Below are positions 46,886-56,838 of a stretch of DNA of 64,000 nt, one piece after another; within the stretch, counting starts at the first letter, position 1; the number at the start of each line of letters is the position of its first letter. Location: NCBI GenBank assembly GCA_043797125.1, contig JAZDPX010000023.1, forward strand, positions 3,098 through 67,097, read 5' to 3'. Origin of the DNA: Candidatus Omnitrophota bacterium (GTDB lineage Bacteria > Omnitrophota > Gorgyraeia > JABMRG01 > JAFGKX01). The position numbers were made by a program, and so were the translations under genes. Under the pieces are notes generated by a model. It searched no databases and had not been told where the DNA came from. It saw nothing but the letters and a program-made list of their open reading frames with translations.

Positions 46886-49030
46886 ATGGTGGATAATATT
46901 GCAGATAAAACTTTAAGAAAGCCTCCTATTGAAGAGGAGGCTTTCGTCGATCTTTTTTTTAAGTATATTTACATTATATTAAAATACAAAATATTAATAA
47001 TTCTAGCTGTGTTGTTGGTCGCCCCTATTGCTTTTAGGACATTAAAGGCGAGGGAGCCGGTATTTCAGCCTAAATATAAGACAACGGCAAGGATAAGGGT
47101 GATGGCTGAGGGAATAGTGCAAAGAAGCGGCGATACAGCCAACACAATATATGCTGAAGACATGGCGCTAAGAAGGAAAGTGATGGATTTGACCAATTTA
47201 ATGAAGAGCTCTGTTGTGCTTGAAAATGCCGTTGAAAAAACATTTAATTTGACAGATAAGGATCAGATTGTATCATACGCTAGTGGATTTCAGGATCCTA
47301 AATCAGAGGTGTTTATTGTGACGGAGGAAATGAATTATATAAATATGTCAATTATTGAGTCGGATCCTAAAGTAGTCGTGGATTTTATTAATGCGGTGAT
47401 TGAATTTACCAGGGAAGAACTGTTAAACAGCAAAAGGCTTGTAGCAAAAGAAGCGCTTGAATCTTTGGAAAAGCAGCTAAAAGAAGCTCGTTACGATTTA
47501 GAGCAGGCTAAACTGCAATTAACTAAATTTATCGTTGAAAATAAAGTATTGTCCGAAGCCATGGAAGTGGAGGAGGGTAAGATCAAGGGCACATTGACTG
47601 AAGATGTTGATAAACTAGCCTTGCAACTGGTTGACATAAGGTCTCAGAGAGCCGGGATAGAAGAGTTTATAGCAGACATAAAAGATACCAGAGATACAAG
47701 AGGTGAAGTTGAAGCCTTCAGGCTGGTAATGCGTAAACATCCCGAACTGGTAAATGCAGATTTGCTTAACGATTTATCTAAACAGGAGGCGGAACTAAAA
47801 GAACTTTTACTTGTAAATAAAGAGGCGCATCCCGATGTTGTAAAAGCGGCGGAGAGATTAGAACAGGCAAAGCGTTTGATACAAAATGAAATAAACGCAG
47901 CCACAGATTCGTTAGTGAAGAATAACGACACATTAAACATGCGCGAAGAGAAAATGAGCAGTTTAATAGAAAAAGGTTTAAGCGATGTAATGATAGAGTA
48001 TTCGCACCTGCAAAGAAATGTGCGAATTAAAGAAAATTTAGCCGATAAGGTTGTGGATTCTTTGCAGGAACTGAGCCTGGCAACCAAATTAATTAGTACA
48101 GGCACATTTACAGTGGTAGACCCCCCGCTATTACCTGCAGCGCCCTTTAACCTTTATGAAAAGCAAAGAACCACTGTAAATTTTTTGTTATTTTCGCTAA
48201 TTTTTGGATTGGCGGCAGGTATAGGGCTGGCTGCTGTGATTGAACAGCTTAGCACAACAGTAAGAGATTTACAGGAAATAGAGAAAAGCTTAGATTATTC
48301 TATTTTAGGCGAGATACCGCTTTATAAAGCTAGCCATAAAGGAAGTAAATATTCGCTGCCGCTAAAAGAAGACCCTAACTGCATTGTAAGCGAAGCATTC
48401 AGAGGATTGCGCACAAATATAAAATTTCGTTGCGCTGATAAGGAAATCAAGACTATTTTAATAACCAGCCTGGTTCCTAAAGAAGGTAAAACCTTTATCT
48501 CTTCTAGTTTAGCAGTGGCCTTTGCGCAAACAGGTAAGGATGTGCTAATCATTGATTGCGACCTAAGAAAATCTACTTTGCATAAGTATTACGGAGTTGA
48601 AAATAAAAACGGCATAACACAGTTAGTTCAGGGTGAAGAAGGCATTCAGCCGGTTAATGCAGGGATACCGCACCTGGATATTTTACCCGCAGGCAAGCAC
48701 GCTCAAAACCCTGCAGAGCTTTTATCCTCCGATGCATTTGATAAGATTTTGAAAGAGCTAAAACAAAAATACGATCTTATCATTATTGATTCTGCCCCTT
48801 TATTTGCAGTAACTGACTCTACAATTTTAATCAAAAAATCGGACATAGCGATATTAGCAATAAGGGCTGATGTGACGCCTAAAAAAGCAATTCGCAGGTT
48901 AGCAAGGTTTTCCGAGGATATATATTCAAAAATATTGGGCGTGGTGTTTAATGGCATAGGAAGCCAAAAAAGCAGATATGGTTCGTATTACTACTACAAA
49001 TATAATTACTATGGCAAAGGCAAAGGATAA
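46886..49030 (+). CDS. polysaccharide co-polymerase / BY-tyrosine kinase (Wzc-like, PCP-2a)
   Basis: N-terminal Wzz-like periplasmic coiled-coil domain between two TMs. C-terminal Walker A PKEGKT, Walker A'/B and the terminal Tyr cluster RYGSYYYYKYNYYGKGKG. The start is moved to ATG 46886. Confidence 0.75.
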   Translation: MVDNIADKTLRKPPIEEEAFVDLFFKYIYIILKYKILIILAVLLVAPIAFRTLKAREPVFQPKYKTTARIRVMAEGIVQRSGDTANTIYAEDMALRRKVMDLTNLMKSSVVLENAVEKTFNLTDKDQIVSYASGFQDPKSEVFIVTEEMNYINMSIIESDPKVVVDFINAVIEFTREELLNSKRLVAKEALESLEKQLKEARYDLEQAKLQLTKFIVENKVLSEAMEVEEGKIKGTLTEDVDKLALQLVDIRSQRAGIEEFIADIKDTRDTRGEVEAFRLVMRKHPELVNADLLNDLSKQEAELKELLLVNKEAHPDVVKAAERLEQAKRLIQNEINAATDSLVKNNDTLNMREEKMSSLIEKGLSDVMIEYSHLQRNVRIKENLADKVVDSLQELSLATKLISTGTFTVVDPPLLPAAPFNLYEKQRTTVNFLLFSLIFGLAAGIGLAAVIEQLSTTVRDLQEIEKSLDYSILGEIPLYKASHKGSKYSLPLKEDPNCIVSEAFRGLRTNIKFRCADKEIKTILITSLVPKEGKTFISSSLAVAFAQTGKDVLIIDCDLRKSTLHKYYGVENKNGITQLVQGEEGIQPVNAGIPHLDILPAGKHAQNPAELLSSDAFDKILKELKQKYDLIIIDSAPLFAVTDSTILIKKSDIAILAIRADVTPKKAIRRLARFSEDIYSKILGVVFNGIGSQKSRYGSYYYYKYNYYGKGKG

Positions 49031-49910
49031 AATCGGCGCAAGGCGCCATTTTCTAAAATTGGCGCCGGGTGTAATTTTATTATTTTTTTTATGCGGCTGC
49101 CAAACCATTCCTGTGAAGAAAGTTTCGGATAATTCCAATACCCCTGTCTTGCCGCAAGAACAAGGGTATATCAACGAAGCGGAAATAGTCTATGCTGCTG
49201 ATATACAGGATAGAGGATGGGAACTTAAAGATTATAGCATGGAGACAGGAGATGTTTTAAACATTTCAGTCTGGCAGGTTGAAGATTTGCAAAAGACCGT
49301 AGTCGTGAGGCCCGATGGGAAAATATCTTTTCCTCTGATAGGTGACATCCAGGCTAAAGACGTTACTATTGAAAACTTGAGGCTTGCGCTAGAGGAAAAA
49401 TTAGGCAAGTATATAAGAGTGCCGCAGGTTTCTGTTATAATCGAGACCTTTGGAGGCAAAAGAGCCATAGTAATAGATGAAGCAGGAGGAGGCGGCATAA
49501 TAAGATTTGCAGAACCAATTAGAGCCATAGAAGCTTTGGCAATGGCCGGAGGTTATAGCTCCGACGTGAATCTGCATAAGATTTATATTATAAGAGGAGG
49601 CATGGAAAAGGGTAAGCCATCGCAGATAATTATTGCTGATGCGCATAAGATATTCAGGGAAGGTGATATGAGCCAAAATATATTAATTCAATCAGATGAT
49701 ATTATATTTTTAGCTAGAGGATGGCTTTCCACTCTTACTAATTTTGTAGGGCAGATGGATGCTCTTAAAAATCAGATAGGCAATGTTGTAACTCAGGCAA
49801 ATTATTATAGAAACATGGATAATGTAATGCCTTGGAATTATAAGACGACAGACGTAGACCTTCGAAAAGGCGACTTTGTCAAGGGTGACTGGGATACAGG
49901 CACGCAATAG
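49011..49910 (+). CDS. polysaccharide export outer-membrane lipoprotein (Wza-like)
   Basis: Lipobox LLFFLCGC. Poly_export domain GDVLNISVWQ...PDGKISFPLIGDIQAKDVT plus an SLBB-like region. Confidence 0.7.
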   Translation: MAKAKDKIGARRHFLKLAPGVILLFFLCGCQTIPVKKVSDNSNTPVLPQEQGYINEAEIVYAADIQDRGWELKDYSMETGDVLNISVWQVEDLQKTVVVRPDGKISFPLIGDIQAKDVTIENLRLALEEKLGKYIRVPQVSVIIETFGGKRAIVIDEAGGGGIIRFAEPIRAIEALAMAGGYSSDVNLHKIYIIRGGMEKGKPSQIIIADAHKIFREGDMSQNILIQSDDIIFLARGWLSTLTNFVGQMDALKNQIGNVVTQANYYRNMDNVMPWNYKTTDVDLRKGDFVKGDWDTGTQ

Positions 49911-49924
49911 GACAAACAAATTTT

Positions 49925-51640
49925 ATGAAAATTTTTTTTATAAGGTTAAGGAGAAATATTGTATTTTATCTAGCGGTAGGCTTGATTGTTGGTTTCTGGG
50001 CCGGCGCTGTTTTCTTACTTTATAACCCAATACTTTATGCAACTTCAGTCAAGCTTACCCTTTCAGATATAGGCAGGGATATTTTTGAAAAGCTAGGATT
50101 TACCGATAAGCCCGAAAAAATCCTATACGATGAAAAATTTGATTTTTTAAGCCAGCAGCAAAAAGAAAAGATAGACTTTTTTGTCGCATTTGACCATAAA
50201 GGTCTGACTATAGAGACAAAAGGACAAGACCCCGCAGAAATATTTAAGCTTACAAATGATGTTGCGGAAAGTTACGCCGCATTGATAAATAATGAGTCAA
50301 AAAACCTTAAAGAGCAAAGGGATAGCCAGGGCTTAGAGAAGATTCAAGCTGAATATAATAAATATAAAGAAGAGTCTGACAAGCTGCAAGAAGAATTAAA
50401 CAGGCTGGAGCCTAAATTAGATACGCTTGAAAAGCAGGAAAAAATGGTTGGCGATTCTCAAAAAGCCTTGGAAGAAAGGGTAGCAAGCCTGGAAATAAGA
50501 AAGTCAAACCTGCTAAGAATATATACTGAATCACACCCGGAGGTTATAGGGATTAATTTAGAGCTGGATACTTTAAATAAGAAACTGGGCGAATTGCCTG
50601 TTGTTGAAGGAGTAAATAACTTAAGACGCGACATACTGCAGAAGAAGGCAAGGTATGTCGAACTAAAAGAAACAATTGGCCAGATAAGCAAGCAGAAGGA
50701 GTATTTTCTACAGACGGTCATCCAGCCGCTAATCAGTATTGAACGATATGAAGCAGAACCGGCAAATCCCGTAGGCAGTTTAAGCATGAGCAACGTTTAT
50801 AAAATATCTATTTTGTCGGGGCTTTTAATCAGCTTAATATTTTCCATAATCATGGCAGGGGTTAAGGATGTTATAGTTTTTGAATCCGAAATTTCTAATA
50901 TACCAAACCTGCCGCTTATAGCGACAGTCCCGTTTTTAAAGCCAAAAAGAGGAATTGATATTGGCGCCCATTTGCTTTTTCTGTACGACGATTCTTCCGA
51001 ATATGTTAATGCTTACCGCAACCTAACAACACATATAAAACTAGATGCCTTTAAAGACAATATTGAAAAAAAAGCAATTGTAATCAGTAGCCCAAGGGAT
51101 AAAACAGGCAAAAGCACTGTTTCTGCAAATTTAGCTCTTACGCTGGCGCGCTTAGGGAAAAGCGTTGTTCTTGTAGACGCAAACCTTAATAAGCCGTCTG
51201 TTTCCAAATTTTTCGGAATAAAGCCGAAAGAACCCGGCATTTCAGATATTTTAACGGGTAAATCCAGTTTAGAAAGTTCATTAAAAGGCATCACAGATAT
51301 GCTTTTGGCAGGCATAGATTGGAATATAGCCACTAAAACCTATGGATTAGACAGATTAATGATTCTGCCTTCAGGCGGCAGAGTGTCTAACCCAGCCGGT
51401 TTATTAGAATCCAATAAAGTGTCAGAGCTTTTTAAGCAGTTGCGCGAAAGATTCGAATGTATTATTGTTGATTCTCCGAGTCTATTAAAAAATCCCGATT
51501 CGATTATTCTTTCAGCCAACGCAGACGGGATATTTTTGGTTTGCAAGATAAGCTCTACATCATACAGGGATGTGGTAAAATGCAGCAGGAAACTTACGGA
51601 ATTAAAAATACAATCTAAAGGTTGTATCTTGGCGGCTTGA
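49925..51640 (+). CDS. chain-length-determinant (Wzz-like) protein fused to a MinD/ParA-type P-loop ATPase domain, without a C-terminal tyrosine cluster
   Basis: N-terminal TM plus coiled-coil, second TM, then ISSPRDKTGKSTVSANLA (Walker A). No Y-rich tail. Confidence 0.6.
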   Translation: MKIFFIRLRRNIVFYLAVGLIVGFWAGAVFLLYNPILYATSVKLTLSDIGRDIFEKLGFTDKPEKILYDEKFDFLSQQQKEKIDFFVAFDHKGLTIETKGQDPAEIFKLTNDVAESYAALINNESKNLKEQRDSQGLEKIQAEYNKYKEESDKLQEELNRLEPKLDTLEKQEKMVGDSQKALEERVASLEIRKSNLLRIYTESHPEVIGINLELDTLNKKLGELPVVEGVNNLRRDILQKKARYVELKETIGQISKQKEYFLQTVIQPLISIERYEAEPANPVGSLSMSNVYKISILSGLLISLIFSIIMAGVKDVIVFESEISNIPNLPLIATVPFLKPKRGIDIGAHLLFLYDDSSEYVNAYRNLTTHIKLDAFKDNIEKKAIVISSPRDKTGKSTVSANLALTLARLGKSVVLVDANLNKPSVSKFFGIKPKEPGISDILTGKSSLESSLKGITDMLLAGIDWNIATKTYGLDRLMILPSGGRVSNPAGLLESNKVSELFKQLRERFECIIVDSPSLLKNPDSIILSANADGIFLVCKISSTSYRDVVKCSRKLTELKIQSKGCILAA

Positions 51641-51641
51641 T

Positions 51642-52442
51642 ATGTATTTAGAGCATTGGGGAATTTATGAGAAACCGTTTGAGAACACTCCGGATCCTCG
51701 GTTTGTATATTATTCCCCTATTCACGAAGAAGCTTATGCGCGTTTAAGATATGTAATTGACCAGAAAAAAGGCGCAGGCATGTTGACAGGAGAATATGGG
51801 GCAGGCAAGACCCTTCTTTCAAGAGTCTTGGTAAAGGAACTTCTTGACGGGAAGAATTGCGATATTGCTTTAGTGGTAAACCCCATGCTGCCTAATATAG
51901 ATTTATTGCGGGAGATATTGTTTCAGCTAAAAGCCGAGAAAATCCCGGGTTCTAAACTGGAATTACTGCACGCATTAAATGACCTTTTATATCAAAACTA
52001 TGAGCATCAAAAAGCCACTGTTATTATAATAGACGAGGCGCAGGCTATTGACAGCATCGATGTTTTTGAAGAATTGCGGCTTTTATTAAACTTCCAATTA
52101 AATGACTCATTTTTACTGACGTTGATTTTAATCGGGCAGCCCGAGCTGCAGGTAAAGATAGATAACATGCCCCAGCTAAAACAAAGGCTGGCAATGACAT
52201 ATCATTTAAACGGATTAGACGACGCAGGAGTCGGCGAATACATACGATATAGATTAAAAGTAGTAGGAGCCACAAGAAATATCTTTCTTGATGAGGCCAT
52301 AGACAAAATAAATGCTTATGCGCAAGGCATACCAAGGAAGATAAATAATGCATGCGAGGTTGCGCTTTTGCAGGGTATGTTTGAAAAAAAAGCAGAAATA
52401 GACGAAGCATTGATAGATAAGGTGATAAAGGATTTGTCATAA
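51642..52442 (+). CDS. AAA-family ATPase, GspA/ExeA-like (as in exosortase/PEP-CTERM-associated EPS loci)
   Basis: Walker A GEYGAGKT and the ExeA-like fold order. Confidence 0.6.
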   Translation: MYLEHWGIYEKPFENTPDPRFVYYSPIHEEAYARLRYVIDQKKGAGMLTGEYGAGKTLLSRVLVKELLDGKNCDIALVVNPMLPNIDLLREILFQLKAEKIPGSKLELLHALNDLLYQNYEHQKATVIIIDEAQAIDSIDVFEELRLLLNFQLNDSFLLTLILIGQPELQVKIDNMPQLKQRLAMTYHLNGLDDAGVGEYIRYRLKVVGATRNIFLDEAIDKINAYAQGIPRKINNACEVALLQGMFEKKAEIDEALIDKVIKDLS

Positions 52443-53497
52443 TGATTAGAATAAGCGATATTATGAAGATGCATCCCGCCGGCGGCCCCGGCAAGAAAGA
52501 TCAGTTTAGGGAAACCCCGTCGCTTTTAGAAAAGGCTATTAAGGGCGATGTCAGCGGAGGGATAAAAAACTCCTACATGCAGGGAATGAATTTATTAGAC
52601 GATGTTTTTAAAAAAGCCAGGCGCGCGAGGGATTTAGGGGTTGGGGAGGCAGAGGAGTTCATAGCAAATACAGTGGATTTTAAATCTATAACAAGATATT
52701 TAAACCAGCTTGTTGACTCTCTATTGCTGGATAAGGGAGAGATGTTTGATTATTTTTATAACTACAGGCACACGGGTTATGTATATGAGCATTCGCTTAA
52801 TGTGTGTTTATTAACCGTCAAAATAGGCATGTGGCTGGATATGAACAAATCTAATTTAATTGATATGGCGTTAGGCGGCCTGCTGCACGACATAGGATTA
52901 ATAAGCGTAGAAGATATTATTTCTTCTCCGCGAAGGTTAAGACACAAGGAAAGGTTAAAAGTTAAAGCCCATCCTTTATATGGTGCGGATATATTAAAAA
53001 AGATAAGAGATTTTACAGATGAGGCGCTTAGCGCTGTCAGGGCCCACCACAGAAGATTGAGCGATAAAGATTTTACCAGGGAAGTCGGCGACCAAAAGAT
53101 ACAGCAGATGGTTCAGGTAATTGGATTAGCGGATGTTTATGAGGCTATTACCCATCCGCGCAGTTATAAACCAGCCAAACTGCCTCACGAAGCAATAAAG
53201 GAGCTTGTAGAAAAAGAGTCAACCAATTTTCAATCAACAATAATAAAGTCTTTAATCGAAAACATAGGCATTTATCCGATAGGCAGCTGGGTAAGGATTA
53301 CTAACGGAGAAATTGGTATCGTAGTCCACATTAATAAAAACTATCCGCTTAGGCCTCGGGTGAATATTGTATTTGATGTAAGGGGCAATAGGTTGCCTGA
53401 GACAAAACAGATGGATTTGCTGACCGAACCGCATCTTCATATCGAGTCACCTGTGGATTTAGATAAAAATAAAGAATTGATAGATAAACTAAAATAG
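52442..53497 (+). CDS. HD-domain phosphohydrolase, HD-GYP-family-like with a degenerate GYP motif
   Basis: LLHDIG and ADVYEAITHPRSYKP match HD-GYP. The HHExxDGxGYP position reads HHRRLSDKDFT. Confidence 0.5.
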   Translation: MIRISDIMKMHPAGGPGKKDQFRETPSLLEKAIKGDVSGGIKNSYMQGMNLLDDVFKKARRARDLGVGEAEEFIANTVDFKSITRYLNQLVDSLLLDKGEMFDYFYNYRHTGYVYEHSLNVCLLTVKIGMWLDMNKSNLIDMALGGLLHDIGLISVEDIISSPRRLRHKERLKVKAHPLYGADILKKIRDFTDEALSAVRAHHRRLSDKDFTREVGDQKIQQMVQVIGLADVYEAITHPRSYKPAKLPHEAIKELVEKESTNFQSTIIKSLIENIGIYPIGSWVRITNGEIGIVVHINKNYPLRPRVNIVFDVRGNRLPETKQMDLLTEPHLHIESPVDLDKNKELIDKLK

Positions 53498-53506
53498 GCC
53501 AAAAAA

Positions 53507-55297
53507 ATGAAAATCCCATTTTCTATCAGCCTAATAGCAAAGATAGCATTGATAGTAGTGTTTTTTATAATATTATTTATTGTTTATAACAATTTTGTGC
53601 TGGACAAATCATTAGCAGCCCTGGATGCATCTTTGCAAACCATGGGTACGGGGGAGGCTTCAGGCATAGGGCTGTTATTAAATGTTGATAGTATCAGCGA
53701 AGTAGTTAAGGGCAATTTTGACGAGTCTCGCTTAGCTACGCTGGATTATTTAGATACAAGCATCCAAGAAGGCGGCGGATCAGTTGATACGCAGATAATC
53801 CTATCGAATTTAATAAATGAAAAGGCCGGGGACAGGCCGGAGTTTTTAAGGGCGCTTGATAATTATGCGCTCGTTATTAAGCGCGGCATAAGAAATATAT
53901 TCGGGCTTAAAGATGAAAAAGAGCAGGAATTAAAGGAGAGCTTAGTTGAAGCAGTAGAAGCCCACCACGAGGGAGATGTTAATAAGGCCGCAAGTTTATA
54001 TGCGGATATTATCAGATCAGCCGGCGTAAGCCAATACGGAGACATAGCCAAGGCCCTTTTAGAAAATTTGAACAAACAGGCACTCTTAAGAGAACAGCGG
54101 GATAAATTAGCCGCTGAACTTAAGCAGTTAAGCGATTCCGACGAGATCTCAAATGCGTATTTAGAAATCGGATTAGTGGAAACCCAGCTGCTGGATTTTG
54201 ACCAAGCCAAATACTATTTTAATAAAGTTTTGGAAACAACACCAAGTTCCCCATTGGTTACAAAGGCGAAATTTTATTTAGGCTGGATAAGCAAACAGAC
54301 AGGGCAGTTAGAAGAGAGTATGAAATATTTTCAAGAGCTTCTTAACGAATCTACCGATGAAAAAATGGTTTTGAGCAGCAAGCTTCAGATAGCGGATGCC
54401 TTCAAGCGAAAAGGCGACGTAGTAAAAGCCGCGCAGTTATACAGAAGCGCAGCGCACGAACACGGCGATTCTAAAGTTGCCTCAGAGTCTTTGACGCTTT
54501 CAAAATTCGCATATCTTTTTAATTTAAAAGACCCTAAAAAGGCAAATGAGGTATCAGCTGAGCTTATGACCCAATACCCAAACTCATCATTATCAGCATC
54601 GGCAGGAAAGATAAATACAGGGCGAGTTTCTCTCGAGGGCTTGCCAATGCCGGAGAAAGGCTTTAAGGAAAAGGCGCTCCAGCAAATACGCGCAACAGTT
54701 CCTGCAGTTGATAAGGCATTAATATGGGGGGAGGATGTTTCTTCAAAATTTGCACTTAATATTATCAAAGATGGTATTGATAAAGCAATTAAAAAGAACA
54801 TATCCAAGGGTTCTCGATTAACTATTGATGTGGATCCAAACTTTATAGTTGAGAGTCTTGAGCAGACGCTAAAGTCCGCTGCCAGCTCTAAGGGTTTTGG
54901 TTTTACTGGATTCACGCTTAAGTTTCCAAAGCCAAATTATCTTGAAGCTGATGGGTTTCTTAAGATAGGCCCAACAAATTTTAAATTTTACACATTAATT
55001 AAACTAAGCTTTGTAGACAATTCTAAAATATATTTTGCCGATAAGTTAGAGTACAATCCCAAAAATTGGACCATAGCTACTATATTGGAAGCTAAATTAG
55101 GGTTAATTCCAATACCAGTCAATTCAGCTAATAATGTGCTCATCAAGGCTCATAAAATATTTAATCAAAAGCAGATATTCGTAATAGATGATTTTTCCTT
55201 GACGCAGAGCAGAATGTATTTTACGGGTATATTGCGTTTGACCCAGGAAGAATTATTAATAGAATTAAATTCTTTAAACGAATATTCAAACAGCTAA
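53507..55297 (+). CDS. TPR-repeat protein with N-terminal membrane anchor, hypothetical
   Basis: N-terminal TM helix. Several TPR-like helical repeats (YLEIGLVETQLLDFDQAKYYFNKVL etc.). Confidence 0.45.
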   Translation: MKIPFSISLIAKIALIVVFFIILFIVYNNFVLDKSLAALDASLQTMGTGEASGIGLLLNVDSISEVVKGNFDESRLATLDYLDTSIQEGGGSVDTQIILSNLINEKAGDRPEFLRALDNYALVIKRGIRNIFGLKDEKEQELKESLVEAVEAHHEGDVNKAASLYADIIRSAGVSQYGDIAKALLENLNKQALLREQRDKLAAELKQLSDSDEISNAYLEIGLVETQLLDFDQAKYYFNKVLETTPSSPLVTKAKFYLGWISKQTGQLEESMKYFQELLNESTDEKMVLSSKLQIADAFKRKGDVVKAAQLYRSAAHEHGDSKVASESLTLSKFAYLFNLKDPKKANEVSAELMTQYPNSSLSASAGKINTGRVSLEGLPMPEKGFKEKALQQIRATVPAVDKALIWGEDVSSKFALNIIKDGIDKAIKKNISKGSRLTIDVDPNFIVESLEQTLKSAASSKGFGFTGFTLKFPKPNYLEADGFLKIGPTNFKFYTLIKLSFVDNSKIYFADKLEYNPKNWTIATILEAKLGLIPIPVNSANNVLIKAHKIFNQKQIFVIDDFSLTQSRMYFTGILRLTQEELLIELNSLNEYSNS

Positions 55298-55305
55298 GGA
55301 CAAAA

Positions 55306-56568
55306 ATGCGAACATTAGAACAGATCAAAAAAAGAAAAAAGGTAATTATAATATCCGTTATTTTAGCAGGTTTACTGGGGCTGTTTTCTTATTTAATTAT
55401 ACAGCCAGTATATAAAGCAACCGTAGAAATTGCAGTTAACGCTACCGATAAAATTGACGGGCTTTCCAAAGATAATATTAGCGCTGCAGAATATCTTAAA
55501 TATCAGGCAGGCATTGTGAAAAGTAACGATGTGGTAGATGATGTAATTGAGAAATTACATTTACGTATGAGTAATATTCTGGATCAGAAACACCCGAGAG
55601 AAAGCTTTTTAGGGCATATAAATGTCGAGGCCGTCGGAAATAACCTTATTAAAATAACGGCAATTGCGGATACCCCACAGTTGGCAGTCGGCATGGCTTT
55701 CGGACTTGCAAATTCATTTTTAGAGTTTCATAAAGATAATAGTTTTTTTATTGCAGAAGAGGCTATTAAATGGCTTTCCACAACCAGTATGTTGGCTAAA
55801 GAACTATCAGCCGCAGAGAATAATTTTTTAAATTTTCTAAAAGAAAATAATATGCAGGACCCGCAGGAAGTAATAAACGTATATCCTGAAACAATAAAAA
55901 GATTAGATGATGAAAAAATACAAGTTTCAGCTGCCTTGCAGGAAAGTAAAGGCATTTTAGAAAAACTTAACGAGCTCACCTCTCAAAATGATCTGGTAAT
56001 CACTGTTGCCGGAAGCTCTGACCAATTAATAAAAAATTTGTTGGGTAATTATGCGGAGGAATATAATAAGATACAATTTGAGATGGATAACTTGTTAAAG
56101 ACATACCAGCCAAACCATCCCAAAATTGTTGAATTAAGCCAGCAAAGAGATTTTATAAATAAAGATGTAAATGCCAAGATGCAGGATTTGCTTAAAAAGT
56201 CTAAAGACGGCATAGATTATGCGGAAAAAAGAATTCCTGAAATTGATTCAGAGGTTGAGAAGAAAAACAAAGAGTATTCTGAATTATTAGCAAAAAAGAA
56301 AGAGTTTGATATGCTGAAGGCAGGTTTGGAAAACGCAACAAGCCTGTATGAAAAAGCGCAAGAACAGCTTAAAAGCGGCGGCATTTCTGTCATTTCTGTT
56401 TCAATGATAGGTTCCGCGCAAACCGGCAGCGTTCCTGTTGCCAAAATCAAGCCGTTTAAACTGCTTTTTGTTATATTTTTGTTAAGCGGTTTTATTATAG
56501 GCGTTTTAATGGCCCTCTTTCTTGAGCGTTCAAGTATGCAGCATAGGGTTCCTGCAGCTACAAATTAG
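55306..56568 (+). CDS. polysaccharide chain-length determinant protein (Wzz/GumC-like PCP)
   Basis: N-terminal TM, a long coiled-coil periplasmic domain and a C-terminal TM (LLFVIFLLSGFIIGVLMALFL). Confidence 0.6.
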   Translation: MRTLEQIKKRKKVIIISVILAGLLGLFSYLIIQPVYKATVEIAVNATDKIDGLSKDNISAAEYLKYQAGIVKSNDVVDDVIEKLHLRMSNILDQKHPRESFLGHINVEAVGNNLIKITAIADTPQLAVGMAFGLANSFLEFHKDNSFFIAEEAIKWLSTTSMLAKELSAAENNFLNFLKENNMQDPQEVINVYPETIKRLDDEKIQVSAALQESKGILEKLNELTSQNDLVITVAGSSDQLIKNLLGNYAEEYNKIQFEMDNLLKTYQPNHPKIVELSQQRDFINKDVNAKMQDLLKKSKDGIDYAEKRIPEIDSEVEKKNKEYSELLAKKKEFDMLKAGLENATSLYEKAQEQLKSGGISVISVSMIGSAQTGSVPVAKIKPFKLLFVIFLLSGFIIGVLMALFLERSSMQHRVPAATN

Positions 56569-56570
56569 TA

Positions 56571-56630
56571 AGGTCCCTCCAATGTTCCTGTCCGTCGCAT
56601 TGTCGGGACAAAATTTTCTCCGAAAATTTT
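56571..56630 (+). repeat. conserved tRNA-Ser upstream leader element, copy 1
   Basis: ~58 nt GTCCCTCCAATGTTCCTGTCCGTCGCATTGTCGGGACAAAATTTTCTCCGAAAATTTTGGAGAG is about 85% identical to 57681..57739. It contains the imperfect palindrome GTCCC...CAATG / CATTG...GGGAC. Confidence 0.6.
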
Positions 56631-56720
56631 GGAGAGATGGCTGAGCGGTTGAAAGCGGTCGCCTCGAAAGCGATTAGGCCTTAACAGGTCTCGGGGGTTC
56701 AAATCCTCCTCTCTCCGCCA
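56631..56720 (+). tRNA. tRNA-Ser (anticodon CGA)
   Basis: Hand-folded. Acceptor GGAGAGA/TCTCTCC, anticodon loop CU-CGA-AA, long variable arm, T-loop GGTTCAAATCC, discriminator G and encoded CCA. Confidence 0.8.
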
Positions 56721-56772
56721 TTCTGCTTCGCCGTGCTACTTGCGTGCACGGCTTCGCAGGAATGAAGCAGAA
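56721..56772 (+). terminator. long GC-rich hairpin directly after tRNA-Ser (terminator or processing structure)
   Basis: TTCTGCTTCGCCGTGC-N7-GCACGGCTTCGC...GAAGCAGAA nested inverted repeats, followed by TGTTTCT. Confidence 0.4.
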
Positions 56773-56838
56773 TGTTTCTACGAAGCCCTACCATAATTTT
56801 TCATACGGAAGGGCGAAGTTGAACAATATATTTTTACA

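Noticed and set aside
56580-56630. Considered whether the conserved element upstream of each tRNA-Ser is part of a longer tRNA, tmRNA or a CRISPR-like repeat
   Set aside because: There are only two copies, each directly abutting a canonical tRNA 5' end with no spacer structure. It is best explained as a duplicated promoter/leader.
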